Shown in pieces: positions 38,401 through 51,326 of a stretch of DNA of 64,000 nt. Within the stretch, counting starts at the first letter, position 1; each line of letters begins with the position of its first letter. This DNA is from Macrostomum lignano (taxonomy: Eukaryota): contig NIVC01000642.1 of assembly GCA_002269645.1 (NCBI GenBank), forward strand, positions 149,586 to 213,585, written 5' to 3'. The notes beneath the pieces were generated by a model. That model was given only the letters and a program-made list of their open reading frames with translations. It was not told the origin of the DNA and searched no databases. The position numbers and the translations under genes are program-made.

Positions 38401-39476
38401 GCCGCGACGGTGGTCTCGGCCGGTCCGGACTGCCACGGTGCGGCAGCGCCTCATCCACAGTGCTGCGCGGAATGACCAGTGAGGAGACTGCTGCTTTGTT
38501 TTACTGCTGTCGTTTGGCTCGATGCTTCAAGCTCGAAATTTCTTAAACTTGAAACTTCTCAAACTCGAAACTTCTCAAGCTCAAAGCTTCTCAACCTCGA
38601 AACTTTTCAAACTCGAAACTTCTCAAGCTTGAAACTTGAAACACATTCATACGTATAAACCGCCAACGCTGCAGAGGTTAAGCAGTATTGGTCGTGGTTA
38701 GACTACGCCACTTGCGTCAACTCCTAGACATCTAGAAAAAGAATCTATTTTTACTCTATGCTAGCAATGCTACTTATTAAGTAACTTGAAACTAAATTCT
38801 CCATCTGAAATTTTTCTTTACCTATTCGCCCGCAAACACAGACCAGCGCCAGCTCTTTGTCCCGGCCGCCACGGTGGCCGCCACCTCCATTGTTGGCGCC
38901 GGCCGCCTGGCATCGTCAGCGTCGTTTGCCGGCGCGCCTGGGACGCCGCCTTCGCCCGGGCAGCAGGCGGATAAGAAGAAACGGAAGAACAACTCGTCTA
39001 AAAGGCGCAGCTCCCGAGTTCGAGTGTTGGAGACGCCGACACCGAAGCGGAGCCGCCTCCGGCTGCAGCGACTGGCCTCGGAGCGGACCCGGCACTGTCC
39101 CATCGTCATCGGCGAGTCGCCGCCGGGGTCGCCGAGCTCGCCGAGTCCGTCGGCCTCCTTGCTGATGCTGCGTGCTGCTGCCGCCGACAAAGAGAATCAG
39201 CAGCCAGCCAGAGCGCGCAGCTGCCGAGCCGCCGCACTCGCCGACGCCTGGGTGCAGCGGCAGCGGGACCGAGAGGCCGAACTGACCCGCTTTGACGATC
39301 AGAGCGTCGGCGGCGGGCTGTACGAAGATGACGACTTGAATTCGCGCGGCTCGCAGCATTCGGTGGCCAGCAGCAGCGCCTGCAGGCGGATCTCCTTCCA
39401 GCCCGACGGCGGCAGCAGCGGCAGCGGCCTCGTTCGGCGGGCGTCTCAGCTGTTTGCCAATCTGGTCAGCCCCTGA
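35464..39476 (+). CDS. Probable Treslin/TICRR (Sld3-like replication initiation factor), partial; 5' exons not identified
   Basis: Exons 35464-35503, 35818-36582, 36683-36779, 38040-38478, 38842-39476 with matching phases 2,2,0,1. The gene structure is solid. Identity rests on the paired CDK-site motifs RVLETP...VIGESP and on FTTQDELIEHL resembling the Treslin FKTEEELLSYI region (from memory). Confidence 0.55.
36960..37965. repeat. Intronic array of 9-bp subunits (AGGTCAATCT / AGGTCATTC)
   Basis: Fills most of intron 36780-38039. Confidence 0.9.
38545..38640. repeat. 16-bp repeat (AAACTTCTCAAACTCG)n
   Basis: About 6 copies in intron 38479-38841. Confidence 0.75.
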
Positions 39477-40495
39477 GTTGCACTGTTTATCTCACCGTCT
39501 GACCCCTGCGTTGCACTTTTTATCTCACCAGTCGGACTCCTGAGTTGCACTGTTTATCGCACTGTCTGGCCCCTGAGTTGCACTGTTTATCTCACCGTCT
39601 GACCCCTGAGTTGCACTGTTTATCTCACCGTCTGACCCCTGAGTTGCACTGTTTATCTCACTGTCTGACCCCTGAGTTGCACTGTTTATCTCACTGTCTG
39701 ACCCCCTGAGTTCCTCTGTTTATCTCACTGTCTGACCCCATGAGTTCCACTGTTTATCTCACTGTCTGACCCCTGAGTTACACTGTTTATCTCACTGTCT
39801 GACCCCTGAGTTGCACTGTTTATCTCACTGTCTGACCCCTGAGTTGCACTGTTTATCTCACTGTCTGACCCCTGAGTTGCACTGTTTATCTCACTGTCTG
39901 ACCACTGAGTTGCACTGTTTATCTCACTGTCTGGCCCCTGAGTTCCACTGTTTATCTCACTGTCTGACCCCTGAGTTACACTGTTTATCTCACTGTCTGA
40001 CCCCTGAGTTGCACTGTTTATCTCACTGTCTGACCCCCTGAGTTCCTCTGTTTATCTCACTGTCTGACCCCTGAGTTGCACTGTTTATCTCACTGTCTGA
40101 CCCCCTGAGTTCCTCTGTTTATCTCACTGTCTGACCCCTGAGTTACACTGTTTATCTCACTGTCTGACCCCCTGAGTTCCTCTGTTTATCTCACTGTCTG
40201 ACCCCTGAGTTGCACTGTTTATCTCACTGTCTGACCACTGAGTTGCACTGTTTATCTCACTGTCTGACCCCTGAGTTGCACTGTTTATCTCACTGTCTGA
40301 CCACTGAGTTGCACTGTTTATCTCACTGTCTGACCCCTGAGTTCCTCTGTTTATCTCACTGTCTGACCCCTGAGTTACACTGTTTATCTCACTGTCTGAC
40401 CCCCTGAGTTGCACTGTTTATCTCACAGTCTGACCCCTGAGTTGCACTGTTTATCTCACAGTCTGACCCCCCCTGAGTTGCACTGTTTATCTCAG
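39470..40495. repeat. 33-bp minisatellite (CCCCTGAGTTGCACTGTTTATCTCACTGTCTGA)n
   Basis: About 30 copies; the first overlaps the last codon and the stop. Confidence 0.95.
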
Positions 40496-40849
40496 TGTTC
40501 ACTCTACTTTATCTGGTGCTTAAATCAGTTTTTGGCTTGAAAACAAATTATCGATAATGGGTCAAATTAATTACTATGCATTACAGAAAAAGTTGGCAAT
40601 AATTTAATGACTTTCGATAAAACGAACTTGTAGTTTGGTATAGCAAAAAGTCTCACAAAATCACCTTATTTATTATCAGCTTTGAACAAAATTGCATTTC
40701 TTCAGCTTTAAAATCTGCATGTTAACATTAAACAGTGTGCAGTTATATTTAACTTAATCACTCTTTACAATTTACCCCAGCATATGCTTTCAATTTCTTT
40801 GTGCATTGCTTTGAAATTTTTAGTATGTATATTTAATCATTCACTGTAT

Positions 40850-41290
40850 TCACAGATGGTTAAATAACCGGTTCACAGGTGGTTAGATAACCGGTTACCA
40901 GGTAGTTAGATAACCGGTTCACAGGTGGTTAGATAGCTGATTCACAGGTGGTTAGATAACCGGTTCACAGGTGGTTAGATAACCGGTTCACAGGTGGTTA
41001 GATAACCGATTCACAGGTGGTTAGATAACCGATTCACAGGTGGTTAGATAACCGATTCACAAGTGGTTAGATAACCGATTCACAGGTGGTTAGATAACCG
41101 ATTCACAGGTGGTTTGATAACCGATTCACAGGTGGTTTGATGACCGATTCACAGGTGGTTTGATAACCGATTCACAGGTGGTTTGATAACCGATTCACAG
41201 GTGGTTTGATAACCGATTCACAGGTGGTTTGATAACCGATTCACAGGTGGTCAGATAACTGTTTCACAAGTGGTTAGATAACCAGTTCTC
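40850..41290. repeat. 23-bp minisatellite (GGTTAGATAACCGRTTCACAGGT)n
   Basis: Direct periodicity, about 19 copies. Confidence 0.95.
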
Positions 41291-42538
41291 ATGTGATTCC
41301 CTGCTGTGAGACTACCCAGTGAAACTAAGCCGCCGCAAAGCGGCGCAAGTTTTAATTGCTTCATTTTTTAGCCATTTGGCTTCACTTAATTAACACTAGT
41401 AATGAACTGCTGTGCTAATCTCTAATCTCTTTCATCCATGTCCCGCTGGTTTATTTTGTGGTCCCGTTTATTTTATTATTTTATTCTAATATGTACTTAT
41501 ATGTACGCTTTGCTGTACTGTTGTACAAAGTTATCTGATTACAAAAAATAACAGAAAAAGACTATAAATATCTAAAAAAAGTTTTACGAGTAATATTACT
41601 CTGAGCATTGGCTGCATAAGCATACTGCTAGCAATGCTATTCTTACAAATCTGCTATCTAGATGGTGTTTTCTTATGTTGCTTATTTGTGTACGTTAAGT
41701 GTTACTGCCCGTACTGAATCTGCACCTGTGCAGCTTCCCGATTTATTAAATAAATGGCGTTTTGCATGGGTACATGTCCTCGACGCTGGTTGTGTGGAAA
41801 TGGTGCACTGGGTGTTAAATCATTGATGTCAAACCAAAACAGTTCAATCGACAATTTCTTGGCTAACATTGAGCCCAAGGCAACAGCTCCACTGTCTACT
41901 TCATGCAGTTGTTTAACAACAGCAAAATACAGGGCGCGGAATTTGCGGAATAAAACTTTTAAGTTGGCGATTACATATAGTCTGATTAAATTTCAGTACT
42001 TCATTAGGGCATCAGAGTACGCGGACAACAAAACAGAAAAGGAAAAAAATGTCTGCAAAACAAAAAGAACGGGGTAAATAAATTACTTGCAATTATTGAT
42101 TAGCACACGGATAATTGGGTGGCACAGTCGCGAGGCAACAGAAATACAGTTAAACAAAAATTTCTTATGATTTATCTTCTCATACGATTCCAACTATTCA
42201 AAAAAAATTAACGATGTTTAATAACACCGGAAAACGGCATAACGACAACACCGGAAATATTTCCAAAGAGAATCTGAGAACATAATTTTTGGAAATATTT
42301 CCAAAACAGATGAAAGAACAGTGTTTTTTAATATTTCCGGAAAGACTTGGACAACAGTGTTTCACGGAAATATTTCCGGTGTTTTTTTTAACTTAACTAG
42401 CTCGTATCGTTAAAGAAAATCTGAATATAGCTAGCAATATTTAACGAAGCGACTATAATTAAAACTACGACGATTTCAAATCGATTCCACACTATCAGAA
42501 GTTTCACACAAATACATGTAAAGAGTCAGAATGAAGCT

Positions 42539-45500
42539 TCATTCCTGCAGCCGGCCGTCCTCGATCAGGCGATCCAGGAAGTAGCGCACCCGGTCCATCT
42601 CCTCCACCCTGTTGGTCATCCGGACAACGTCGAGCAGCTCCTTGATGCCGACATTCAAATGCCGATTCTGCGTCTCCTTCTTGATCCTGTCCAGCTCCTC
42701 TTTGGTGAACTCGGCGCTGTCAACTTTTTTCAGCGCCTCCAACAGTTCGTCAGAATTGGTGAGATTGCTGACGTGAATCTTGCCGGCCGTGAAGCACTGG
42801 ACAAGGCCGAGTTCGAGCAGCGCCTCCCGGCAGCTGGTGGTGCCCAGCAGCAGCAGGCTGCGATTCTTCGGCAGCGGCGCAGTGATCAAATCGCGGAGCG
42901 CCTGCAGCACGTAGTTCGAATACCTGGCATTGGGGTCAGGGCGGTTGCTTTGTCATGTTTTAATACAAAACACTCGCTGCTATCTTCTTCAGTGGGCGAC
43001 CGTGTCTCTTGGTGTGGGCGCCCCCGTCTCTTGGTGTGGGCGCCCCCGTCTCTTGGTGTGGGCGCCCCTGTCTCTTGGTGTGTGGGTGCCCCCTGTCTCT
43101 TGGTGTGGGCACCCCTGTCTCTTGGTGTGTGGGTGCCCCCTGTCTCTTGGTGTGGGCGCCCGTGTCTCTTGGTGTGTGGGTGGCGGGTGCCCCCTGTCTC
43201 TTGGTGTGGGCGCCCCTGTCTCTTGGTGTGTGGGTGCCCCCTGTCTCTTGGTGTGGGCACCCCTGTCTCTTGGTGTGTGGGTGCCCCCTGTCTCTTGGTG
43301 TGGGCACCCCTGTCTCTTGGTGTGTGGGCGCCTCCCGTCTCTTGGTGGGCCAGGGGGTCTGATGGCGCGAGAATCAGGCTTGTCCTGTTCGCTGTTCCTG
43401 TTACTCTGACTTCAGTAGTAGCGTAAGGTAGTATTTTATCAGTAATACGTCGTGCATTGTTACTGATAGTAGTAGTATATGCGTAGATTTTGCAAGACAT
43501 GTATCACGCAATTAAATATCTATTACTAAATTACAAAAGTAGAAGACTCATGATGCAATTCATTGCAGAAAACTGCATTCAGCTCACCTGGGCCCAACAG
43601 GGCTGTAGTCAATAAGGCCTTCTAACCCGTCCAAAATAATCACGGCCTGTTTGGCTTTGTGCGCGTCGTCAAAGTGCTGCTTAATAGCCTGGCATTTGGC
43701 CACCTCGCTGTAGCCAATCATGCGCTTGCTGGTGCACAGTCGGACATAGGAGAATCCCGATTGGCGGGCGATGTGCACCGCCAGGGCGGTTTTGCCTGCG
43801 GCGAGAATTAATAAAACACGGATAGTTAAGCAATGTGCTTAAAACAGGTCGCACCTACCGATCAGGTAGGTATGCCAAGACAAGAGGTGTCTGGGGGGTG
43901 ACACCAAGACAGACACTAACCATGTGACATCAAGACAGACACCATCCAGGTGACACAAAGACACCATCCAGGTGACACCAAGACAGACACCATCCAGGTG
44001 ACACCAAGACAGACACCATCCAGGTGACACCAAGACAGACACCATCCAGGTGATATCAAGACAGACACCATCCAGGTGACACCAAGACAGACACCATCCA
44101 GGTGACACCAAGACAGACACCATCCAGGTGACACCAAGACAGACACCATCCAGGTGAAACCAAGACAGACACCATCCAGGTGACACCGAGACACCATCCA
44201 GGTGACACCGAGACAGACACCATCCAGGTGACACCAAGACAGACACCATCCAGGTGACACCAAGACAGACACCATCCAGGTGACACCGAGACACCATCCA
44301 GGTGACACCGAGACACCATCCAGGTGACACCGAGACACCATCCAGGTGACACCGAGACACCATCCAGGTGACACCAAGACACCATCCAGGTGACACCAAG
44401 ACACCATCCAGGTGACACCAAGACACCATCCAGGTGACACCAAGACACCATCCAGGTGACACCGAGACACCATCCAGGTGACACCAAGACAGACACCATC
44501 CAGGTGACACCAAGACAGACACCATCCAGGTGACACCGAGACACCATCCAGGTGACACCGAGACACCATCCAGGTGACACCGAGACACGCCAGTCACTCA
44601 CCGCTATTAGGCGGCCCCTCGAGCAGCAGGGCCACGGGCCGACCGCTGTCCAGGCTCTGCTCGGCCTCGGCGCGGGCGGCCCTGGTGGCCAGACTGCCGT
44701 TCTGCACGATGTGCTGCACCGGCTCGCCCCAGTCGATGATGCCGCCAGTGATGTAGCGGTCCAGCTCCTCTTCCTGGGTGCCGAACGCCGGCTTGACGTC
44801 GTGCTCGAGCGCGTGCATGAAATCGCCGCGCTGTACAAGGAGGCGATCCACGGCGTCCGGATCCAGCCGGACAGTGTCCGAGGCCTGCAAATGTTATTAG
44901 TCGGTGATCCAGTGTATTGCCTTTTTAGTCAACTTCCAAATTTAGCTTCCGGTCTATAGGGTATGTAGCTTCCGGTCTATCGGGTATTCAGCTTCCGGTC
45001 TATCGGGTATTTAGCTTCCGGTATGTCGGGTATTCAGCTTCCGGTCTATAGGGTATTTAGCTTCCGGTATGTCGGGTATTCAGCTTCCGGTATGTCGGGT
45101 ATTCAGCTTCCGATCTATCGGGTATTTAGCTTCCGGTATGTCGGGTATTCAGCTTCCGGTCTATAGGGTATTTAGCTTCCGGTCTATAGAGTATTTAGCT
45201 TCCGGTATGTCGGGTATTCAGCTTCCGGTATGTCGGGTATTCAGTTTCCGGTCTATCGGGTATTTAGCTTCCGGTCTATCGGGTATTTAGCTTCCGGTAT
45301 GTCGGGTATTCAGCTTCCGGTCTATCGGGTATTCAGCTTCCGGTATGTCATGATAATAAAAATCTGATCTGACCAAATTTCCAACGGCCTTGGAAGGGGC
45401 TCACCTGCACCAATCGGTTCATGGCAGTCACGGTGGCGGCCCGAACCAGGCCAGCCAGTTCGGCGCCAGAAAAATTCTTCGTCTCCTTGGCCAGCTCCTG

Positions 45501-45761
45501 AACGTCAACGTCCTGCGCCAGTTTGCCGTTCTTGCGCAGCTGCCCCGTGTGGATCTCCAGGATCTGCAGCCGGCCGTGCTGGTCCGGCAGGCTGATCTCC
45601 ATTTGAACCTCGAAACGGCCCGGGCGGAGCAGAGCCTCGTCTATCATGTCCTTGCGATTGGTCATGCCGATCACCAGGATGTTGTTCAAGGGCTCCACGC
45701 CTTCCATCTTGGTTAGCAGCTGGTTCACCACCGTGTCGTGCACCTGGGAAGATAGATAGAC

Positions 45762-45816
<55 letters not shown>

Positions 45817-46285
45817 CAGATCCTCCCTACCTGCGTGCCACCGCCAACCGAGCCGCGAGTTTTGCAGATGGCGTCAATCTCGTCAAAGATGATGATGTGC
45901 AGGGCGGAGTTGTTGCCAACCCGTTTGTACTCTTCCTCGGCCTCGGCAAATAATTGCCGAATTTTCGACTCGCTCTCGCCGACATATTTATCCAGAATGG
46001 ACGGTCCGTTGACGATTTTTGGTTCGCGGGCGTTCAGCATCTTGCCGATCTGGCGGGCCATGAGGGTCTTGCCGGTGCCCGGCGGCCCGTACAGCAGCAG
46101 ACCGCGCACGTGGTTCATGCCCAGCTGCTCCACCAGGTCCGGCGGGAAGATCCTTGAGGCAAATGTTCGACGAAATATGTCGCTAAATTCTCTGTCTAGG
46201 CCGCCGATGCCCATCATGCTGAAGTTCCAGTCCGGATTGATGATGGACTGGTACACCTGGGAGTGGCGGCGGGGCGGGCGGCGCT

Positions 46286-46366
<81 letters not shown>

Positions 46367-46537
46367 GCAGACAGACAAACAGACAGGCAGGCAGACAGAC
46401 AGACAGACAGGCAGGCAGACAGACAGGCAGAGAGACAGTCAGACAGACAGACAGACAGACAGACAGTCAGACAGACAGACAGACAAGCAGACAGACAGAC
46501 AGTCAGACAGACAGACAGACAAGCAGAAAGACAGACT

Positions 46538-46586
<49 letters not shown>

Positions 46587-46635
46587 GCAGACAGACAGGC
46601 AGGCAGGCAGACAGACAGGTAGACAGACAGGCAGG

Positions 46636-46674
<39 letters not shown>

Positions 46675-46696
46675 GCAGGCAGACAGACAGACAAGC

Positions 46697-46741
<45 letters not shown>

Positions 46742-46768
46742 GGCAGACAGACAGACAGACGGAGATTC

Positions 46769-46808
<40 letters not shown>

Positions 46809-47799
46809 GGACAGACAGACAGACAGACAGGCAGGCAGACAGACAGACAGACAGACAGACAGACACAGACAGACAGACACAGACAGCGAGTCAAGTGAGC
46901 AACCATATCATTCAAATTAGCCCCACCTGCTTGCCCTTAGCCTTGCCGGTGAGGGTCAGTGGTGAGTCGGCGCTCAGTTTCTCAAACGTGACGATGGTGT
47001 TGCCAGAGACAATGCCAGTCTTAGCCGGCTCTGTGCGGCCGTCGGGCAGCAGGAGCTCCAGCTCTTTGACACGCAGCAGCAGGTGCCGCTTGTCCTTGTA
47101 TTTGAAGACCAGCTCCTGGCCGACTGTCAGGGGCATCTGAGGGAAGCACTGGGTGAACTCCACCCGCATGTCGTCCGTGTTGTAGGGATCGTTGGTTGCG
47201 CTGCAGTGCGTGCGGAGTTTGGATGGAGAGTTGCGATGATTTTGAGAGAAAATGTTAGACTGCACTACTCAAAGTAGAGTTAGAGACATTTCAATTCCAC
47301 TCATACATGCGCGACCTCCAAAATTTGGTTGGCCGTGCGACTTAGTTTTAACAAAAATGCGACGTAGTTGTTGGCCAAAAATGCGACTTACATGTAAAAA
47401 ACGCAATTAACGCAACTTTGGGTAAACGGCAGGAGTAACTATAACTGTCTTATAAAGCCAAAATGCCTCGGCAGCTACTTAGTACTACTACTTGGTGCTT
47501 TTTGGGTGGGCATTTTTGCGACTTCCATGGTTGGCCGCCAAATCGGTCGGCCGGATAGGCCGACTCGGCCGACTGTTGCGCATGTATGATTCCACTTGTA
47601 AAAGTAAAAACCTGTCCCTAAATGTACTTTTGTTCTCAGACTGGTTTGCTTTTAGCGTCTGTTTATGTGTGTGCATGTCTGTTTTTAGTGTCTGTTTTGT
47701 CTACTTTAATGTCTTTCTGTCTGTGTCTGCCAGCCTGTATGTCTGTCGGTTTGTCTCAGTGTCTGCTTGTGTCTGTCTGCCTGTCTACCTGTCTACCTA

Positions 47800-47838
<39 letters not shown>

Positions 47839-48399
47839 GCCTGTCTGTCTGAATCTCCGTCTGTCTGTATGTCTGTTTGTCTGTCTGTCAGCCTGTATGT
47901 ATGTCTGTTTGTCTCAGTGTCTGCTTGTGTCTGTCTGCCTGTCTACCTGTATGATATCTGTGTCTGTCAGCCTGTATATCTGTCTATTTGTCTCAGTGTC
48001 TGCTTGTGTCTGTGTGTCTGTCTGCCTGTCTACCTATTTGTCTGTCTGTCTGTCTGTTGTCTGTCTGTCTGTCTGTCTGTCTGACTGTCTGTCTGACTGT
48101 CTGTCTGACTGTCTGTCTGTCTGTCTGTCTGTCTGAATCTCTGTCTGTCTGTCTGCCTGTCTGTCTGAATCTCCGTCTGTCTGTATGTCTGTTTGTCTGT
48201 CTGTCAGCCTGTATGTATGTCTGTTTGTCTCAGTGTCTGCTTGTGTCTGTCTGCCTGTCTACCTGTATGATATCTGTGTCTGTCAGCCTGTATATCTGTC
48301 TATTTGTCTCAGTGTCTGCTTGTGTCTGTGTGTCTGTCTGCCTGTCTACCTATTTGTCTGTCTGTCTGTCTGTTGTCTGTCTGTCTGTCTGTCTGTCTG

Positions 48400-48449
<50 letters not shown>

Positions 48450-48904
48450 GCCTGTCTGTCTGAATCTCCGTCTGTCTGTATGTCTGTTTGTCTGTCTGTC
48501 AGCCTGTATGTATGTCTGTTTGTCTCAGTGTCTGCTTGTGTCTGTCTGCCTGTCTACCTGTATGATATCTGTGTCTGTCAGCCTGTATATCTGTCTATTT
48601 GTCTCAGTGTCTGCTTGTGTCTGTGTGTCTGTCTGCCTGTCTACCTATTTGTCTGTCTGTCTGTCTGTTGTCTGTCTGTCTGTCTGTCTGTCTGACTGTC
48701 TGTCTGACTGTCTGTCTGACTGTCTGTCTGTCTGTCTGTCTGTCTGAATCTCTGTCTGTCTGTCTGCCTGTCTGTCTGAATCTCCGTCTGTCTGTATGTC
48801 TGTTTGTCTGTCTGTCAGCCTGTATGTATGTCTATTTGTCTCAGTGTCTGCTTGTGTCTGTGTGTCTGTCTGCCTGTCTACCTATTTGTCTGTCTGTCTG
48901 TCTG

Positions 48905-48938
<34 letters not shown>

Positions 48939-49557
48939 GACTGTCTGTCTGTCTGTCTGCCCGTCTGTACTTTAGCTACACTATCAAAGCGCTTTAAATA
49001 CACTGAATGTACTCAACTTTCCACTCACTTTTTCTTCAGCAAGAAATCCGCCTCAACAAGCAGATGAGCGATGGCAGCCTTACGGGGGTCAAATTTGTGC
49101 GATAATTTTATGAAAACTTTCTCGCCAATGCTGACGTTGGTCCAACGACGCTGAAATAGAATAAAAACGGCAGTTATGACCTGAGATATCCCTGTGACCC
49201 CTGTGTGTCACTAACACATAGATGACAGATTAGCACAGGTAATTTACCTGAATTAGGCTGAATCCAACTTGGCCTCTGGTCATTTTAGGATTAGTTCCCA
49301 GCATGAAAATAAAATCTCCTTTTCCACACTGCAGCACCAGGTGTCTGAAATGAAAATATATAAGTTAATAAAAAAAGAAAGTAAAAACACATCAAATAAA
49401 AGACAAACACAATGAAAATAATCATTAAAAATGAAGGAAACACTTACTGAGTGGTAGAATGTAGAACATCTTCAGGGTGAAAAAACAGCTGGTTTGTCAG
49501 AGACAGCTCATCAGAAGGGCATTTAGCAGCCTCAAATGTTTGTGGTGATTGAGCCAT
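42539..49557 (-). CDS. NSF: N-ethylmaleimide-sensitive factor (vesicle-fusing AAA+ ATPase), ~747 aa
   Basis: Exons (-): 49557-49448, 49344-49248, 49150-49029, 47200-46927, 46256-45831, 45743-45405, 44884-44602, 43795-43588, 42923-42539. Total 2244 nt with all phases consistent. Motifs [30 protein letters not shown]1 Walker A GPPGTGKT, Walker [32 protein letters not shown]2 GPPNSGKT. Confidence 0.97.
43000..43350. repeat. ~22-25-bp minisatellite (GGTGTGGGCGCCCCTGTCTCTT)n in last NSF intron
   Basis: Direct periodicity; explains ORFs 42659-43500. Confidence 0.9.
43875..44588. repeat. 22/26-bp minisatellite (GACACCATCCAGGTGACACC[GA/AAGACA])n in NSF intron
   Basis: Direct periodicity. Confidence 0.95.
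44940..45345. repeat. 23-bp minisatellite (AGCTTCCGGTCTATCGGGTATTY)n in NSF intron
   Basis: Direct periodicity. Confidence 0.95.
46285..46885. repeat. (GACA)n microsatellite in NSF intron 4
   Basis: Tetranucleotide run. Confidence 0.95.
47302..47588. mobile_element. 287-bp hAT-type MITE in NSF intron 3
   Basis: TIR CATACATGCGC(G/A)AC; perfect 8-bp TSD ATTCCACT (47294-47301, 47589-47596); subterminal tgcgac motifs. Confidence 0.85.
47690..48960. repeat. Complex (CTGT)n microsatellite with ~300-bp higher-order duplication
   Basis: The marker gaatctccgtctgtctgtatgtc recurs at ~47851, 48167, 48462 and 48778. Confidence 0.9.
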
Positions 49558-49577
49558 TATCTTTATTGAATATATCT

Positions 49578-50639
49578 CTGAAAATTAATGGTTAGATGTA
49601 TTAGTATGGTATGACATATAGTAGCCTATAGTATACTAATATGGTATATCCTATAATAATATATAGATTAAGCAAAGCCTGCAGTTATTTAATATTATGC
49701 ATAGTCAAAGTGACTCAAGGAATATATTGTAAGTCCTAACTATTAATAAAATAATTTTACATTTTGCCATTTCCTACATTGAATTCTTGATGTTTACCTT
49801 TAGAAACTTAAATGCATGCATAAAAAACTAATTTATACCAATAATTTTATTTTCTATAAAACATTTTTATCTTCATAAAAGACTACTATAGTATTAGTAG
49901 TAATCATAATAAAGCAAAAATTGTAATCAAACTTTTAAGCCTTGAGCCTTAATATCAAGCCTAAGTGGTTAAGCCCAAAAGCATTATTATCATTATTTTA
50001 TTTGTTATATATATAGACATAAATAGAAAACTTATTGCATAATAGAAAAAAAATTATACAATAGCAATACTCAATAGCAATCTACAAAACTTAATCCACA
50101 AGACTAAATATACATATACTTAAAAACATTATCATTGCCCAAGCGCCGCGCCGCAGAACGAGTTTTTGCCAGGGGGGCAGGACCAAGTTTCCGAAACTCA
50201 AGCCCAGACCCTGTCTTGGACAATGACCAAAAATTTGAGCAAAATAATGCTGTTGAACGGTATTTGAGGGGGGGGCAATGCCCCCCTAACTCAATGTCAG
50301 GGGGGGGGGCAGCTGCCCCCCTGCCCCCCTGTTCCGTGGCGCCTGTCATTGCCATGTTATTATCATTGAAAACTACCAATCTAGACCTAGCACCTAGACT
50401 GAATGGTGTAAGACCAAGACCACCACACACCAAGACTGCCACACTTGGGAGCTAGGAGAGGAATTTGGCTCAATGTGTTATTAAATGGTGCGAGAGAGAA
50501 GATAAGTAGGTAGGAGAGCCAGCAGGACAAGCCTGCGAGAGAAACCTATGACTAAGCCTATATAGATTAGTATATAGGAAATAGGTTTATGTCATTTAAC
50601 AAAGTTTAAAATTTCAATGCCTTTATGTCAATGATACAC

Positions 50640-50671
<32 letters not shown>

Positions 50672-51326
50672 GCAATAATATTGCTCTATCAAAGGCCTTA
50701 AATTTAGAATAATAATGCCAATGACGCCTACCGTTTGTACTAGAACACAAAAAGGGAACTTCCCTTATTCACTTATCGAGTTTAAGTACGATTTTTTGGT
50801 TCCCTGTAATACGACACTAAAATTTATAGGCTGTGTGGAACACGTTTAAATCTGTGACCCCACGCGAAAACGTAAAATTTCTGATATTTTTTATTTTACA
50901 GAACTTTTATATTATAAATTTTTACAGCTTAGCAGAATTTTCAAGTATCTCATAGAAAATTTAAATAGTGTCTTAATTTATACAGCCAGTTTGTTAAGAT
51001 TTTTGTGATGAATAAAAAATCGTTTTTTCTAGGAAACCTTCGTCTTCGCCGAGCAATTATCCTGAGCAAACTGAGCTGGCTTTCAGAATCTTTTGAAGAC
51101 AATCTATTAGTCTGCTACTATTTTCATGCGTGCAATGTTAGAGAATTGAAAGGCCGAACTAAACTGAGCCCTTTAAGGCATTATCGTTGCTCAACCGTTG
51201 AATCGATCGCAGTCCATGGCCAAGTTATATTCGCTCACTGTTTAAAGAAGACCGCAAAATTCAATAGACATCGTACTAAAAAATAGACTTTAGAATAGCG
51301 TAGCGTGAAGTAGTAAATACTCTTAC
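49578..51326 (-). other. Probable NSF 5'-UTR intron
   Basis: Acceptor ttttcag| 20 nt upstream of the ATG; candidate donor CAG|GTAAGA at 51327/51326. The acceptor could instead be a trans-splice site. Confidence 0.45.
50140..50345. mobile_element. 206-bp hAT-type MITE
   Basis: TIR CA(A/G)GCGCC(G/A)CG; perfect 8-bp TSD TCATTGCC (50132-50139, 50346-50353); poly-G/C subterminal region. Confidence 0.85.

Noticed and set aside
46933-46934. Second GC donor in NSF (AAG G|GCAAGC)
   Set aside because: The canonical CAG|GTGGGG at 46927 gives the right phase and the same length as human NSF in this segment.
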